DNA of 61,755 bases, counting the filler, from Sphacelaria rigidula (lineage: Eukaryota): NCBI GenBank assembly GCA_964200075.2. It is 9 parts of 9 records of this genome, joined end to end, with 100 filler letters (N's around TTAATTAATTAA, not from the genome) between each part and the next. Parts side by side here need not be neighbours in the genome. Positions count along the whole stretch, not along the records: positions 54,984 to 61,755 come from CAXNAA020018155.1; 8 more parts are not named here. One strand, written 5' to 3'. The translations under genes and the position numbers were made by a program. Numbering within the stretch: position 1 is the first letter of the stretch; each line of letters opens with the position of its first letter. The notes beneath the pieces are model-generated. The model ran no database searches, had not been told where the DNA came from, and worked only from the letters and a program-made list of their open reading frames with translations. This document shows, piece after piece, positions 61,223 to 61,755 of the stretch.

Positions 61223-61701
61223 AGTGGGTAAGAGTTCAGACCCAAGTTGTGAAGGGGGTTGAGTCTCCCGAAGGCAGGTTGTTGTGATGTCGCGTCATCT
61301 TGTTCCCAAAATCATTTTCATGGCTCGTAGTTGATGCGTCAGTGCCAACGATTTTGCGGTAAAAATTTCACAGATTTCTCGCAGAGGACTACTGTCAAGT
61401 CCGGTCAGACTGTGTGAGTCGGTTTCTTTCTGGCGACACAAAGAGAAAGAGGGTACTTAGGTGGCTCGTTAGTGGTGTGTGATTCTGTGTGTGTGTTATA
61501 GGGCGTACCAAAGCACACCCTGTAGGAAATCCACGCAATTTTCTGATTGTTATGTGGTGAGCTGTTTATAAGCCTTTGAAGTTCGGCCACTATTTTGTTG
61601 CCGATGATTCCACGGCTTGTTGTTCATCTTCATCTAATTCTCTATCCCCCCCTTTTCGGCACATTTGGTGCTGTTCTTGATGTACTCAGAGGTTTCCTGT
61701 T

Positions 61702-61712
61702 TATTATCATTG

Positions 61713-61755
<43 letters not shown>
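61702..61755. repeat. (TTA)n microsatellite at the contig end
   Basis: Direct reading. A (TA)n tract is also present at ~60572-60591. Confidence 0.95.

Overview
Repeat-rich eukaryotic nuclear DNA, most consistent with a brown alga or related stramenopile (GT-AG introns, plant-type MSH1, TTAGGG repeats); the taxon is inferred. The window is not one locus. It is nine contigs of 6772-6774 bp, sorted by length and joined by a synthetic N44-TTAATTAATTAA-N44 linker, so nothing can be inferred across the gaps. Host genes are partial: the last exon of an ankyrin+SAM protein, three exons of an NTMT1/Tae1-type alpha-N-methyltransferase, and three internal exons of a plant-type MSH1 (MutS) homologue. 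The rest is mostly transposon debris: RTE/RTEX-like LINE fragments, a Ty3/gypsy element with an open gag, gypsy integrase and copia remnants, an intron-containing Sola-like DDD transposase, degenerate MULE and pogo/Tigger transposases, three tRNA-derived SINE families, several MITE/foldback families and a nest of ~100-bp TTAA (piggyBac-type) MITEs. The most striking signal is ten 3' ends from two distinct non-LTR retroelement families. They terminate in ...ATGAGTAC(G) followed by poly(C) or C-rich sequence instead of poly(A), share a short terminal hairpin, and appear to insert into G-rich tracts. All protein family calls come from motif recognition by eye; no database search was run.
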